A stretch of DNA of 64,000 nucleotides, from the NCBI GenBank assembly GCA_965242725.1, contig CBDESZ010000027.1, positions 59,922 to 123,921 of the forward strand. Direction: 5' to 3'. The DNA comes from Alkalispirochaeta sp. (GTDB taxonomy: Bacteria > Spirochaetota > Spirochaetia > DSM-27196 > Alkalispirochaetaceae). The notes under the pieces are model-generated. The model ran no database searches. It was not told the origin of the DNA and worked only from the letters and a program-made list of their open reading frames with translations. A program made the position numbers and the translations under genes. Shown here one piece after another: positions 1 to 10,908 of this stretch. Each line of letters opens with the position of its first letter. The first letter of the stretch is position 1.

Positions 1-382
1 GCTGGTGAATGAGATAGTGGGAGTTCGGAAATGCATAACGGTGTTCCTTTTTCCCCGCCAGAAGCACCAGCGCCCCGGCGCTGGCGACGAGGCCGATGCC
101 CACCATATGGACCTCGGGTGCGATAAACCGAATGGTGTCGAAAATTGCGTATCCCGCATCGGCATCACCGCCGGGAGAATCGATGAAGACGCGAATGGGG
201 TCGTCACCTTCCTGTTCTAGAATAAGGAGCTGCCGGACAACCCGTTCCGCAAGCTCCTTGTTTATCTCACCGGAAAGGAGGATGGTACGGGTCTTGAGCA
301 TCTTATCAAGCAGGGGCGGCTGTTCCGGTTTTTTCTCCTCGCCGTTGTTGTCGTCTTCATATGTTACGGTGTCGTTCTTCAT
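1..382 (-). CDS. clpP: ATP-dependent Clp protease proteolytic subunit (second paralogue; runs off the window edge)
   Basis: Not in the ORF track. Manual translation from ATG 382 gives ...RTILLSGEIN...FIDSPGGDADAGYAIFDTIRFI...GLVASAGALVLLAG...RYAFPNSHYLIHQ, with the ClpP catalytic Ser and His motifs; GGAG upstream. Confidence 0.93.
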   Translation of the reverse strand, partial: MKNDTVTYEDDNNGEEKKPEQPPLLDKMLKTRTILLSGEINKELAERVVRQLLILEQEGDDPIRVFIDSPGGDADAGYAIFDTIRFIAPEVHMVGIGLVASAGALVLLAGKKEHRYAFPNSHYLIHQ

Positions 383-448
383 AAATATCTCCAATCGTCA
401 GGTAATTATTGTCTTTGTGGGGAGAATATACTATTAAGAGGCGTGAAC

Positions 449-1348
449 ATGCAAAGGAAGAACGTACACAGCGGATTTGCAATCCTCCTGGGCCGTCCGT
501 CCTCGGGAAAATCGACCCTGGTCAACGCACTCTGCGGACACAAGGTTTCAATAGTCTCATCAATGCCACAGACGACGAGAAACACAATACGCGGCATCGT
601 CAACCGCCCGGGAGCCCAGATCGTCCTCCTGGACACCCCGGGAATGCACGTCTCCCGACAACGGCTGAATCTGCACCTCAAACGGGTGGTGGAAGAAGCG
701 ATCCCTGAAGGTGATCTCCTGCTCTACCTCGTGGATCCTACCCGCCCGCCGGGAGAGGAGGAACGGGCCATTGCCGATCTGGCGACCGGCGCATCCGTAC
801 CCGTCATTGTCGTCATCACCAAGACGGATCACCGCGATGCCGATATCGCGGGCACGAAGGAGTTCCTGAATGAGCGGGGACTTTCCGATCGGCCGACGGT
901 CGAAGTCGGCGGACTCGCAGGGGGAGACTCGCCGGCGGGGCTTGAGGGGCTCATCGATATGATGATCGACATTCTTCCGGAAGGCGACCCGTGGTACCCC
1001 GACGACTACTACACCGACCAGCCGCCCCGATTCCGAATCGGCGAAATTGTCCGGGAAGCGGCGATCGTCCGTACCCGGGAAGAGGTTCCCCACGCCGTTT
1101 TTGTCGAAGTCGCGGACCTTGAGCAGAATGAAAAACGGATATGGGCACGGGTCTTCATCTTTGTTGAACGGGACTCTCAGCAGGGAATTCTCGTCGGGAA
1201 AAAGGGCTCAACAATCACCGCCATACGGGAAAGTGCTGAGCGGACGCTCTCACAGCTCTTTCCCGTACCGGTACGGCTATCCATTCAGGTAAAAGTACGA
1301 CCCAAATGGCGTCGCGATGAAGAGACGCTGAAATCTCTCATCTGGTAG
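449..1348 (+). CDS. era: GTPase Era
   Basis: GRPSSGKST, PQTTR, DTPG motifs and C-terminal KH domain (GILVGKKG); alternative GTG start at 443. Confidence 0.95.
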   Translation: MQRKNVHSGFAILLGRPSSGKSTLVNALCGHKVSIVSSMPQTTRNTIRGIVNRPGAQIVLLDTPGMHVSRQRLNLHLKRVVEEAIPEGDLLLYLVDPTRPPGEEERAIADLATGASVPVIVVITKTDHRDADIAGTKEFLNERGLSDRPTVEVGGLAGGDSPAGLEGLIDMMIDILPEGDPWYPDDYYTDQPPRFRIGEIVREAAIVRTREEVPHAVFVEVADLEQNEKRIWARVFIFVERDSQQGILVGKKGSTITAIRESAERTLSQLFPVPVRLSIQVKVRPKWRRDEETLKSLIW

Positions 1349-2063
1349 GCTCCGGGGGAAGCAACTCATCGATGGAGAGGTCTTCCCGTCCGACAAATAC
1401 GCGCCGTTCCGGCCGCGTGAAGATACCGTTTTCAAGGACGCCTGGGATTCCGTTTATCAGCCGCTCCAGCTCCGGAGCATCAAATGCGGGCTCATCAAAA
1501 TGAACGTCCAGGATGACATTACCGTTGTCGGTGATCACCGGCCCCGCCTTTCGCTGCGCCATTCTCAGGACCGGATCGCCCCCGAGCAGCCGCAGATCGT
1601 GCTCTACGGGAAGGCGGGCGTCGGGGATGCATTCAACGGGGATGGGAAAGATCGTTCCAAGGTGGTCCGACACCTTGGACTCATCGACGATGACGATCAA
1701 CGTCTGCGCACGGTATTCCACAACCTTTTCCCGGGTAAGTGCTCCTCCACCGCCTTTAATCACATAGAGGGTATTCCGATCCACCTCGTCGGCACCGTCG
1801 ATGGCGATATCCAGAGCGCCGTCGATGTCCGGATCGTTCATCGACCGCAGGGGAATCCCATACCGCTGCGCCTCAAGGGTTGACTCGAAGCTCGTTGGAA
1901 CGGCGACAACCCCCCGGAGCGTACCGGCGGCGACGAGTTCACCGATACGCCGCACCACGTGTATGGCGGTCGAACCCGTTCCCAGTCCGACTTTCATCCC
2001 GTCCCGAACGAATCGCTCTGCGATCGTACGCCCCAGATGTTCCTTAACCGCATCGACGGCCAT
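1338..2063 (-). CDS. rpiA: Ribose-5-phosphate isomerase A
   Basis: GLGTGST, DGADEVD, KGGGGALTREK motifs. Confidence 0.96.
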   Translation of the reverse strand: MAVDAVKEHLGRTIAERFVRDGMKVGLGTGSTAIHVVRRIGELVAAGTLRGVVAVPTSFESTLEAQRYGIPLRSMNDPDIDGALDIAIDGADEVDRNTLYVIKGGGGALTREKVVEYRAQTLIVIVDESKVSDHLGTIFPIPVECIPDARLPVEHDLRLLGGDPVLRMAQRKAGPVITDNGNVILDVHFDEPAFDAPELERLINGIPGVLENGIFTRPERRVFVGREDLSIDELLPPEPTR

Positions 2064-2065
2064 CC

Positions 2066-3649
2066 TCAATACCTCTCCAGAATCGCCGTGACCCGCTCCC
2101 GACCGAGGGTCTTGAGAAACCCGCCCAGACGCGGTCCCTTTTCCTTGCCCACCAGGACAGTGTAGAGAACGGGGAAAAACTCCTTCGGCTCTATTCCCTC
2201 GTTGCGGGCTATTTCATAGATCGCGTTCTGGACGTCCCGGTCACTCTTATCGTCCAACCCCTCCGAGACGGCGCCGTTGAGAGCCCGTATCGCCCGCCGT
2301 TCCGCCTCTCCGACGGGAACGGGCTCGGCCGTCCGGGGATCCACAACGGTGAACCGAAAATCTTCAGGGGCAAACTGCCGTATCCAGTTCCACGCACATT
2401 CGGCACGGTTCCGTGCAATCGCCGTCAAATGGTCGTCAAGGTCACCGAACCCGGGCATGGCGTCGAGGGCGGCATCCCGATCGCCGTCGTGGATAAGCAG
2501 GAGATTGCATAAATGGCGGAAGGGAATCTGCGTCGGCAGCGCCCGCGGCGGAGCACCAACCTGGGAGAGTTCATAAATCCGTCGCTCTTTTTCAGCCCGT
2601 TTCTCATTTACCTCTTCCTGACCGAAGTAAATTCGCTCGCACCGATCGTAATCCTCGTAGATCTTGATGACGTCGAGATCGAATGAGACGGCAAACTCAG
2701 TATTGGGCCGCGTACCCGCAAAGAGGTAGCGCAACACCTCCGGCTGGTACACCTCCAGCACGTCCCTGAGACTTATGACTTCACCGGTGGAGCTGGACAT
2801 CTTCCCGCCCCGTCCCTTGATTCGAATGAAATCGTATTGAAAGGTCACCGGCGCATCCCACCGGTACACCTCTTTTGAGATATGCCGGGCGGTATCGAAA
2901 CTCCCCCCTTCGGAGTGGTGATCCTTTCCCGCCGGCTCAAAATCCACCTCTTCCTCGCGCCAGCGCATCGGCCAGTCGATCCGCCAGGGAAGCTTGGCGT
3001 ATCCCGTCTCGCGAATGTCGATCGTGTCTTCCTGTTCCGACTCTTCACAGTAATAGGTGATGTTCCATTCCCCGTCCCAGGAGATGACCCGGGTAGTGTC
3101 GCGATTTGTAAATCTGCTGAAGACGCTCACCGGCCACCACTCGTCGGGGAGCGGCGAGGTGCGAAAGCGGTTGAGTATCTCCCGAATCGTCTCCCGTGAT
3201 TCCAGTGCGGTGCGGATGCCCCGGGCATACCGGGCGGAACGGTACGCTCCGGCCTGGTAAATGTACTCCGGCTCTATTCCCACCCGGCGCAGTTGTCCTT
3301 CCAGTTCTACCTCATTGGCCCGGGCATAACTCTCCTCCACGCCCGCAGGGTCCGGCACGAGGGTAATGGGCCAGCGAAGGTACTTCTCCCACGCCTCCCG
3401 ATCGGGAACGGTGGCGGGAACCTTGCGGAAAACATCATAATCGTCCCAGGAGTAAAGAAAGCGAACGTCCTTTCCGGCGTCGCGGAGCGCCCGGACGACG
3501 AGATCCACCGAGATAATTTCACGGAAATTTCCAACGTGTACCGTTCCGGAGGGGGTGATGCCTGATGCACAGGTGTAGCGCGCTTTTTCGCCCTTTTCGC
3601 GTATGATTTTTGCGGCGTTGATATCCGCCCAATGGGTGCTTTTGCTCAT
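2066..3649 (-). CDS. lysS: Lysine--tRNA ligase, class I
   Basis: HWAD N-terminus, [13 protein letters not shown] (HIGH-like), KMSSS, GPRLG. Confidence 0.96.
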   Translation of the reverse strand: MSKSTHWADINAAKIIREKGEKARYTCASGITPSGTVHVGNFREIISVDLVVRALRDAGKDVRFLYSWDDYDVFRKVPATVPDREAWEKYLRWPITLVPDPAGVEESYARANEVELEGQLRRVGIEPEYIYQAGAYRSARYARGIRTALESRETIREILNRFRTSPLPDEWWPVSVFSRFTNRDTTRVISWDGEWNITYYCEESEQEDTIDIRETGYAKLPWRIDWPMRWREEEVDFEPAGKDHHSEGGSFDTARHISKEVYRWDAPVTFQYDFIRIKGRGGKMSSSTGEVISLRDVLEVYQPEVLRYLFAGTRPNTEFAVSFDLDVIKIYEDYDRCERIYFGQEEVNEKRAEKERRIYELSQVGAPPRALPTQIPFRHLCNLLLIHDGDRDAALDAMPGFGDLDDHLTAIARNRAECAWNWIRQFAPEDFRFTVVDPRTAEPVPVGEAERRAIRALNGAVSEGLDDKSDRDVQNAIYEIARNEGIEPKEFFPVLYTVLVGKEKGPRLGGFLKTLGRERVTAILERY

Positions 3650-3657
3650 AGACGGGC

Positions 3658-3686
3658 AGTATACGCGCGGGCGGGTCAATTTTCAA
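3658..3686 (-). promoter_or_regulatory. Sigma70-type promoter of lysS (probably leaderless)
   Basis: TTGAAA-17 nt-TATACT, 8 nt before ATG 3649, no Shine-Dalgarno. Confidence 0.7.
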
Positions 3687-3710
3687 CGCGAAGGCGCCGA
3701 TAGTGCACAT

Positions 3711-4409
3711 ATGCACCTCTCCGTCCCGGTTAATCCCACAGGAGCGCTCCGAATGACCGCCGTGCTGGCGGTACTGATCGTCACCTTTGCGGCGCCGATT
3801 GCGTCGTCTTCTCTCGCCGCAGAGGGACGGAACGACGGGGATCGCCCCGTCCCGCGTCCCACCCGGGTCATTACGACGGAAGGGTATCAGCTGGAAGGTA
3901 TCGCATCGTGGTACGGCGGAAAATTCCAGGGCCGACTCACGGCAAACGGCGAGGTATTCGACACCAATGAACTCACCGCCGCCCACCGTGAACTTCCCTT
4001 CGGTACGACCGTCCGGGTGACAAACACCGATACCGGCGCATCGGTCGTCGTCCGCATCAACGACCGGGGTCCCTTTGTGGACAACAGGGTCATCGACCTG
4101 AGCAGAGCCGCCGCGGACGCGATCGGACTCACCGCAACGGGGGTGGCACCGGTGGTTCTTGAAGTTCTTGAATACCGGCCCGTCTCAACGACGAGGACGA
4201 TTCAGATCGCCTCGTTTGCGAGCAGGCGAACGGCGGAAGAGCTGGCGGGACGACTCAGGGAAAACGGTTTCGCCGCAGCTATCGAATCCGTAACGTCCCC
4301 GGAAGTGCACCGGGTCATCGTGGACGGAGTGGAAGTCGTCGATCTGGAGAATACGAAGGTCCGTCTTGCCTCCCTGGGATTCGACGACGTCCTCGTCCGG
4401 CAGGATTGA
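3711..4409 (+). CDS. rlpA: Septal ring lytic transglycosylase RlpA family protein with C-terminal SPOR-like domain
   Basis: [34 protein letters not shown] motifs; start uncertain (3711 or 3753). Confidence 0.9.
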   Translation: MHLSVPVNPTGALRMTAVLAVLIVTFAAPIASSSLAAEGRNDGDRPVPRPTRVITTEGYQLEGIASWYGGKFQGRLTANGEVFDTNELTAAHRELPFGTTVRVTNTDTGASVVVRINDRGPFVDNRVIDLSRAAADAIGLTATGVAPVVLEVLEYRPVSTTRTIQIASFASRRTAEELAGRLRENGFAAAIESVTSPEVHRVIVDGVEVVDLENTKVRLASLGFDDVLVRQD

Positions 4410-4434
4410 CAAGGGCGGCAGAATCGGGCATTCT
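4406..4434 (+). promoter_or_regulatory. Sigma70-type promoter for tRNA(CAT)
   Basis: TTGACA-17 nt-CATTCT; the -35 box overlaps the rlpA TGA stop. Confidence 0.6.
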
Positions 4435-4506
4435 CGGGGTTCATTGAACAGACCGATACGCAATGCGCCCGACACCAAGTGATTCACCGCGTATCGGCCT
4501 GTTTTT

Positions 4507-4580
<74 letters not shown>

Positions 4581-4581
4581 T

Positions 4582-6294
4582 GTGACCGCCACACACATTG
4601 CGCCGTGGTGGCAGGACGGCGCGATTTACCATATATACCCGCGAAGTTTTCTCGATACCGACGGTGATGGTTTTGGAGACCTTCCGGGCATCACTGCCCG
4701 GCTTCCCTACATCCGCCGTCTCGGCGTCGATGCAATCTGGATGGGGCCTATCTTTTCCTCACCCCAGATCGACAACGGATATGACATCAGCGACTACCTA
4801 ACCGTTGATCCCCTCTTCGGCACCAACGACGACCTGTACCGCCTCATCGAAGAGGCCCACAGACTGGATATCCGCGTCCTCCTTGACCTAGTTTTCAACC
4901 ATACAAGCGACCGTCATCGGTGGTTTGAGTCGTCCCGGCGGCGGAAAGACGGCTGCGACGATTTCTATATCTGGCGCGATGGTGATCCGTCGCGCCCCGA
5001 CGGACTGCCCAACGACTGGCGCGGTTTTTTCAGCCTCCCCGCGTGGAGTTACGACGCCGAGCGGGGACAATATTATCTGCACCTTTTTGCCCGGGAACAA
5101 CCCGACCTCAACTGGGACAATCCCGCCGTTCGCGCGGCGCTCCGGGAGGTGGCAAATTTCTGGATAGACCGCGGTGTGGACGGCTTCCGCATGGATGTGA
5201 TCAATCTCATTTCAAAGCAGCCCAGTCTTCCGTCTCTGAACGGCGCGTCACCGAGCGGTATCTACCTCGACGGACCGCGTGTACTTGAGTATCTCCAGGA
5301 GTTCCGCAGCGGTCTTCATGACAGGAAAGGGATCGTCCTGGTTGGGGAAACGCCGGGAATCACTCCCGATGCGGCGTCCCGGTACACGTTGCCTGAAAAT
5401 CGCGCCCTTGACATGGTCCTCCTCTTTGACCACGTCATGGTCGACCATGGCCCCGAGGGACGATGGGATCCGACGGCGCTGAATCCCCGGGACCTTGCCG
5501 CCACATGTACCCGCTGGCAGCGGGCGATCGCCCCGCCCCGCCATCCCAGCCTCTACATGTCCAACCACGACCAGCCGAGAGTCGTTTCCCGCTATGGAGA
5601 CGACGGTACCTTCCGCTATGAGAGCGCCGTCGCGCTGGCGATGTACTTCTACCTGCAGCGGGGTACACCCATCGTCTATCAGGGCGACGAGATCGCCATG
5701 GCGAATTTTCCCTTTTCCCGGGTTGAGGAAATTGTGGACATTGAGAGTTCCAACGCCTACCGATGGCTCACTGATGAACGCGGCGTGGACGCAGGGTCGG
5801 CGCAGCGGAGGGTCTTCAGGCAGGCCCGGGACAACGGACGGACGCCGATGCAGTGGGACGATTCCCGCCACGCCGGTTTTACCGCCGGAGATTCACCGTG
5901 GTTTCCGGTCAATCCGGACTACACGGAATGGAATGTGAAGTGTCAGAAAGACGGGCGAAGCTCCTCCGTTCTCGACGCCTACCGCAGGCTTCTGTCGGTC
6001 CGGAAAAGCACGCCCGTTCTTCATGGGGGTTCCTACGAGGCGCTTGAATTTGACGCGCCGCCTACGGTCGTCGGCTTTCGCCGCGTCCTTGGCGAGGATG
6101 AGGCGATCATTGTTGTCAACCTGGGATCGGGCGACGCCGCGGTGAGGATTGACCGGGCCGATTGTGACGCCCGCGTTCTTCTATCAAATTATCCGGATCC
6201 GCCTTCCCTCGACGATCTTCATTTGAGGGCGTGGGAGGGCGCGGTGTATTTACTCTCGGGGGACCACCGCACCGGGAGCGCTAATTCTCCCTGA
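4582..6294 (+). CDS. GH13 alpha-glucosidase / oligo-1,6-glucosidase family
   Basis: WW..IYPRSF, DNGYDISDY, DLVFNHTS, QPDLNW, GFRMDVIN, NHDQPR, RDNGRTPMQW. Confidence 0.93.
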   Translation: MTATHIAPWWQDGAIYHIYPRSFLDTDGDGFGDLPGITARLPYIRRLGVDAIWMGPIFSSPQIDNGYDISDYLTVDPLFGTNDDLYRLIEEAHRLDIRVLLDLVFNHTSDRHRWFESSRRRKDGCDDFYIWRDGDPSRPDGLPNDWRGFFSLPAWSYDAERGQYYLHLFAREQPDLNWDNPAVRAALREVANFWIDRGVDGFRMDVINLISKQPSLPSLNGASPSGIYLDGPRVLEYLQEFRSGLHDRKGIVLVGETPGITPDAASRYTLPENRALDMVLLFDHVMVDHGPEGRWDPTALNPRDLAATCTRWQRAIAPPRHPSLYMSNHDQPRVVSRYGDDGTFRYESAVALAMYFYLQRGTPIVYQGDEIAMANFPFSRVEEIVDIESSNAYRWLTDERGVDAGSAQRRVFRQARDNGRTPMQWDDSRHAGFTAGDSPWFPVNPDYTEWNVKCQKDGRSSSVLDAYRRLLSVRKSTPVLHGGSYEALEFDAPPTVVGFRRVLGEDEAIIVVNLGSGDAAVRIDRADCDARVLLSNYPDPPSLDDLHLRAWEGAVYLLSGDHRTGSANSP

Positions 6295-8473
6295 GCCGGG
6301 CGAGAAGGCGCCGCACCTGCTGGACTCCGTCAATTGAATAGCGGGCGGAAGTCGTTCCCATACCGACCTTGATTGAAATCGCATCTTCAGGAAGCGCCTG
6401 GAACATGTACTCGTCCGTCGCGTCGTCGCCGAGGGCGATAACCATCTCCCACTGTTCCTGTCCGACAAAGTGGTGCACCACCCGCCCCTTGTGTATGTGG
6501 GTCGGTTTGACCTCAAGCACGCGATTTCCGTCGAGGACGGACAGGTCGAGGTTTGAGGTGAGGCCGATGAGGGTCTCCCGCAGCTCCGCGAGACGTACCG
6601 AGGCGAGCTCCGGTTCGCTGTTGCGATAATGCCATGCCAGGGAAAAATCCTTTTCTTCCATTCTGGAACCGGGGGTCCGGTCCACCATTTGCGCGATAAT
6701 CGGACCGATCGTCTCTTTCCACGTCGGCTGGTCCTCCGCTGCGGCGACCCACTCACCACCGGGATCCCGTATCCAGGCGCCGTGCCCCGCCCCGAGGCCG
6801 AAGTCGTACCGGCCGAACCACTCGTCCAGGTTGGGACGATCACGGCCGCTGGATATGACGACGCGGACGCCCGTTTTTTCCTGGAGGTCCGTAAGAAGCT
6901 GAAGGAGTTCTTCATCGGGCTTTGCCTGTTCCGGCCGCCGGTAAAAGCGCTGCAATGTGCCGTCGTAGTCGAGGATGAGCAGTTTCTGCCCGGCCGAACG
7001 CCATCTGCCGAGGAGATCCTCTTCTTCTTTTGTCTTGAGGGGGTTGGCCCTGAGGGCGGCCTGGAGGTTGTGGATGTCCGACAGCTTGTCCAGGAACTGC
7101 TGCGCCCAGTGCTGGACCGTCAACCGCTTGAGGCGGTTGCGCATTGGTGCGATGTGCTTCTCCTGCTCTTCTCCGGACATTGAGATGGTCTCATAGATCC
7201 CTTCCGCAATGCCGTCGATGTCGCTGGGGTTGACCTGGGTTGCCTCGCTCAACTCACGCGCCGCTCCGGCGGTCTCGCTGATCACCAGGCCGCCGCGGTC
7301 GTCGGTACACGCGGCGAGGTACTCCTTGGCGATGAGGTTCATGCCGTCCCGCAGGGGCGTGACAAGAAGCAGGTCCGCCCGACGGTAGAGCGCGCTCAGC
7401 TCGCCGAAGCCTGCGGTCTGGTACTGGTAGTGTATGGGCATCCAGTTGAAGGTGCTGAAGCGGCCGTTGATGCTGCTCACGAGTCCGTCAATTTCCCCTT
7501 TGAGTTCCATATAGCGGGGTACCGACTCCCGGGACGGGGCGACGATCATGAAGAGCACGATCTTCTCATGCAGTTCAGGATATTTTTCAAGGAGGCGGCC
7601 GAAGGAGCGAATCCTCGTGGGTATGCCCTTGCTGTAATCGAGGCGGTCTACGGAGAGAATGAGTTTCTGTCCCGCGTACTGTTCTGTTAGTGTTGAAAGC
7701 ACTTCTCCCACGACGGGAAGGCGATCGGCCCGGGCGTACCGGTCCCAGTCGATTCCCATTGGAAAGACGTCGACCTTCACTGCCCTGTTCGGAGTCTGGA
7801 TGACGCCCATGGCGTGGTCGTAACTGAGCACGCGACGCACGCTTGAAAGAAAATGGCGGGCGTAGTCATAGGTGTGAAAACCGATGAGATCCGCTCCCAG
7901 AAGGCCCCTGAGTATTTCTTCCCGCCAGGGAAGGAGACGAAATATCTCATAGGAGGGAAAGGGTATGTGGAGAAAAAATCCGACCTGTACGTCCGGGAAT
8001 TCCCTTTTTATGAGTTCCGGCAGGAGCATGAGCTGGTAGTCATGGACCCATACCCGGGCATCAGGCTCTATTTCGCCCTTCAGGATTTCAAAAAACCGGT
8101 GGTTTATCTCCCGATAGGTCTCCCAGGTCGTCCGATCGTAGTCTGTATAGGTAGGAAAATAGTGAAAGAGGGGCCAGACCGTATCGTTGCAGAAGCCCGC
8201 ATAGTACAGTTCCAGCTCCCGGGAGGTAATGGGTACCGTGATCGCTCCGTGTTCTTCCCGGAGGGTGCGGCTGATCGTACGTCGTTCCGTCTCGGTCAGT
8301 TCGTCGTCAGGGAGGCCGCTCCAGCCGACCCACAGGGTCTGTTCATTTTCACCGGTCGAAACGGAGCTGAGGCCGGTGGCCAGTCCGCCGACGCTGGGAA
8401 CGAAGTGAATGCCTTCCTGATCACGATCCACCCGCACGGCAAGTCGATTGGATACGAATACTGTCTGTTTCAT
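6281..8473 (-). CDS. Bifunctional trehalose-6-phosphate synthase/phosphatase (OtsA-OtsB fusion)
   Basis: [39 protein letters not shown] (GT20) plus HAD domain DYDGTL...GDDATDE. Confidence 0.95.
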   Translation of the reverse strand: MKQTVFVSNRLAVRVDRDQEGIHFVPSVGGLATGLSSVSTGENEQTLWVGWSGLPDDELTETERRTISRTLREEHGAITVPITSRELELYYAGFCNDTVWPLFHYFPTYTDYDRTTWETYREINHRFFEILKGEIEPDARVWVHDYQLMLLPELIKREFPDVQVGFFLHIPFPSYEIFRLLPWREEILRGLLGADLIGFHTYDYARHFLSSVRRVLSYDHAMGVIQTPNRAVKVDVFPMGIDWDRYARADRLPVVGEVLSTLTEQYAGQKLILSVDRLDYSKGIPTRIRSFGRLLEKYPELHEKIVLFMIVAPSRESVPRYMELKGEIDGLVSSINGRFSTFNWMPIHYQYQTAGFGELSALYRRADLLLVTPLRDGMNLIAKEYLAACTDDRGGLVISETAGAARELSEATQVNPSDIDGIAEGIYETISMSGEEQEKHIAPMRNRLKRLTVQHWAQQFLDKLSDIHNLQAALRANPLKTKEEEDLLGRWRSAGQKLLILDYDGTLQRFYRRPEQAKPDEELLQLLTDLQEKTGVRVVISSGRDRPNLDEWFGRYDFGLGAGHGAWIRDPGGEWVAAAEDQPTWKETIGPIIAQMVDRTPGSRMEEKDFSLAWHYRNSEPELASVRLAELRETLIGLTSNLDLSVLDGNRVLEVKPTHIHKGRVVHHFVGQEQWEMVIALGDDATDEYMFQALPEDAISIKVGMGTTSARYSIDGVQQVRRLLARLREN

Positions 8474-8515
8474 ACAGTTCTAAATAATAATACATATCGC
8501 CGACACAATCAAAGA

Positions 8516-8537
8516 GAAGTATTCACAACCGTGTTGA
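8516..8537 (+). repeat. Left terminal inverted repeat
   Basis: GAAGTATTCACAACCGTGTTGA. Confidence 0.85.
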
Positions 8538-8625
8538 AAAAGCGACAGTAGTCATTGGTGTGTAGGGAGTTATGACGGGAACCCAACTTTGCGGGTTCCC
8601 GATCCGTACCCCGGAGGTATCCCTC

Positions 8626-9795
8626 ATGCCCATTCCGACCCATTGTTCCAATCCTGCCTGTCGCCATTTCCACCATCCGCCGCCCCGTTGGCGCGTCCGC
8701 TTCGGCTCCTACGATACAGTGGCCCACGGAACCGTCCCGCGCTATCGCTGTATCGCCTGCGGCAAGACCTTCAGTGATCAGACCGAATCCATGCACTACT
8801 ACGCCAAACGACGCCTCCCCCTCAAGGCGATCTCCACCACCCTCACCGGCGGCGCCTCCATGCGCGAAGCGGCGACTCGCTATCACGTCTCTCCGGCAGC
8901 GATACGAAACGCCGTTCTGCGCCTCGGTCGTCAGGCAATGATCGGGCACATCCATCTGCTGGATACCATGCCACCCCTCCGGAATGTCGTCTTCGACGGC
9001 CTGCGGTCATTCGTGACCTCCCAGGACTACCCCTGCGATATCACCACGGTGGTCAGTCGAACCGGTGAGATGATCCTGACCATGACCCATACCATCACCC
9101 GTCGGGGCGGTACCATGACATCCCGACAACGACGACGACGGCGACAAAAGTACGCCGTATGGTCCCCGACGAAGGGGGCGGTGGGGAGCGCTATCTCTCT
9201 GTTGTGTCGTGAAATACTCGACTATGTCCGATATACCTGCACGGCACCGATTGTTATCGACACCGACGAACACCCGGTGTATCGATCGGTTCTCCGGTCG
9301 AACGACTGTTACCGGCATCTCCGGACGGCGGGGCAGCTGACGCATATCCGGACCGCGGGGAGTGCCCCGCGGACGATGGAGAACCGGTTGTTTCCGGTAA
9401 ACTATGTTGACCGGCTGTTGCGGCACCGGGAGAAGGAACATACCCGGGAGACGATCGCCTTCGGGCGTCATGGAACGATCCAGATGCATCGGGCGTGGGT
9501 ATTCGGGTGGAACCATAACTGCGTGCGGCCGTGGCGGGAGAAGCGGGCAGAGATGGGAAGTCACGCCTCTGCGGCGGGGATCTCGTCGGAATTGATCCGC
9601 GGGTTGAATGAACGGTTCTATACCCGACGATACCGGGTGAACCGGCAGGCGATACCGGAATCGATCCGGGAGGTCTTTCTTGCACAGGTCGCGACGCCGC
9701 CGGTGCGGTGGAAGAAGGGGCAGAAAGGTACGACCGTCAGGGTTCCCGGGTATGCGGCCCGGGATCTCCTGGCGGCCGTATCAACAGGCTTGTGA
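8626..9795 (+). CDS. Putative transposase (Zn ribbon, HTH, DDE-like core)
   Basis: CSNPAC...RYRCIACGKTFS Zn ribbon, GASMREAATRYHVS HTH, VVFDG, IDTDEH, VNYVDRLLR; GGAGGT RBS before ATG 8626. Confidence 0.72.
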   Translation: MPIPTHCSNPACRHFHHPPPRWRVRFGSYDTVAHGTVPRYRCIACGKTFSDQTESMHYYAKRRLPLKAISTTLTGGASMREAATRYHVSPAAIRNAVLRLGRQAMIGHIHLLDTMPPLRNVVFDGLRSFVTSQDYPCDITTVVSRTGEMILTMTHTITRRGGTMTSRQRRRRRQKYAVWSPTKGAVGSAISLLCREILDYVRYTCTAPIVIDTDEHPVYRSVLRSNDCYRHLRTAGQLTHIRTAGSAPRTMENRLFPVNYVDRLLRHREKEHTRETIAFGRHGTIQMHRAWVFGWNHNCVRPWREKRAEMGSHASAAGISSELIRGLNERFYTRRYRVNRQAIPESIREVFLAQVATPPVRWKKGQKGTTVRVPGYAARDLLAAVSTGL

Positions 9796-9802
9796 ATACT
9801 TC
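9781..9802 (-). repeat. Right terminal inverted repeat
   Basis: Reverse complement GAAGTATTCACAAGCCTGTTGA. Confidence 0.85.
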
Positions 9803-9807
9803 AGGAA

Positions 9808-10794
9808 CTACCAGTTGTGGTGAACGTGTTTCCTGATCGTCGTCTCGTATATTTCGTCGATCCTCGCATGGACCTCCGGAGACAACGGGGCCATGTCGGA
9901 AACGGCGATATTAGAAGCCACCTGATCCGGCCGGGAAGCGCCGGGTATGACCGTGGAGACTGCGGGGTGATCGAGAACCCACCGTATCGCCGCCTGGGCG
10001 GGTGTCATACCGGCGGGCAGTACCTTTTTGATCGCTTCAACCGCCTCGAGACCGATATCATAGGGAACGCCGCTGAATGTTTCTCCCTTGTCGAAGGCGG
10101 CTCCGTCGCGATTGAAGTTCCGGTGGTCTTCCCTGGCAAAGGTCGTGTTTTTGGTGAACTTTCCGCTCAAAAGACCGCTCGCCAGGGGAACGCGGACGAT
10201 GATACCGACTCCCGCCGCCATTGCACGGGTAAAGAAGTCCTCCCGGGGACGCATACGGAACATGTTGAATATGATCTGTACGGTCTTGACGTTGGGATAC
10301 AGGATCGCTTTCTGCGCTTCTTCAACCTTTTCAACCGAAACGCCGAGATTGGCGATCTTCCCCTCCTCTTTCAGCCGGTCAAAGAGTTCAAATATCTCCG
10401 GTCGATAGTAGACGTCCGTGGGTGGACAGTGGAGTTGAATGAGGTCAAGTCGCTCCAAACCGCTGTTTTTAAGGCTCTCTTCAACGAAGCCGCGCAGCGC
10501 CTTCGGGGTGTATCCTTCAGCGACGTGGGGGGATATGCGCCGACCGCACTTGGTCGCCACCGCGATGTTTTGGTCCCGACGTCGTACAACCTTTCCGACG
10601 GTCTCTTCGCTCCTTCCGTCACTGTAGACGTCGGCGGTGTCAATAAAATTGACGCCTCCTTCAACTGCGCTGTCGATGATCTTTTCAGCTGTCGGGACGT
10701 CGAAATCGCGCCCCCATCCGCCGCCGACCTGCCAGGTGCCGAGAGACACCTCCGAGATTTTCAGTCCTGTCGTGCCTAAAGTTCTGTAATTCAT
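9808..10794 (-). CDS. Aldo/keto reductase
   Basis: YRTLGTTG, DTADVY, ATKCG, DLIQLH, VIPGAS. Confidence 0.93.
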   Translation of the reverse strand: MNYRTLGTTGLKISEVSLGTWQVGGGWGRDFDVPTAEKIIDSAVEGGVNFIDTADVYSDGRSEETVGKVVRRRDQNIAVATKCGRRISPHVAEGYTPKALRGFVEESLKNSGLERLDLIQLHCPPTDVYYRPEIFELFDRLKEEGKIANLGVSVEKVEEAQKAILYPNVKTVQIIFNMFRMRPREDFFTRAMAAGVGIIVRVPLASGLLSGKFTKNTTFAREDHRNFNRDGAAFDKGETFSGVPYDIGLEAVEAIKKVLPAGMTPAQAAIRWVLDHPAVSTVIPGASRPDQVASNIAVSDMAPLSPEVHARIDEIYETTIRKHVHHNW

Positions 10795-10800
10795 AGTTCA

Positions 10801-10829
10801 AGGGTATGGCTCCCGGACGTCTCCGTCAA
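10801..10829 (-). promoter_or_regulatory. Sigma70-type promoter, leaderless arrangement
   Basis: TTGACG-17 nt-TACCCT, 6 nt before ATG 10794. Confidence 0.6.
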
Positions 10830-10908
10830 CGGGAGAGACCGCAGGCGCAGCCGGTACCCGCCGTCCCACATGATACCTTCATCACGATTTATCGCCTGAG
10901 CGCCATTT

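Larger units (their letters stand above)
8516..9802 (+). mobile_element. Putative insertion sequence (1287 bp), IS1/IS1595-like architecture
   Basis: Terminal inverted repeats matching 20/22 enclose one transposase-like ORF whose stop lies in the right repeat; no target-site duplication visible. Confidence 0.75.

Noticed and set aside
9817..10779. Long antisense ORFs (also 17573-18661, 14722-15618, 53504-54382 and others)
   Set aside because: They mirror well-supported genes on the opposite strand, as expected at high GC, and have no family motifs
10838..10849. ACCGCAGGCGCA shared with the repeats after tRNA-Leu
   Set aside because: Only 12 GC-rich bases with no flanking similarity; compatible with chance
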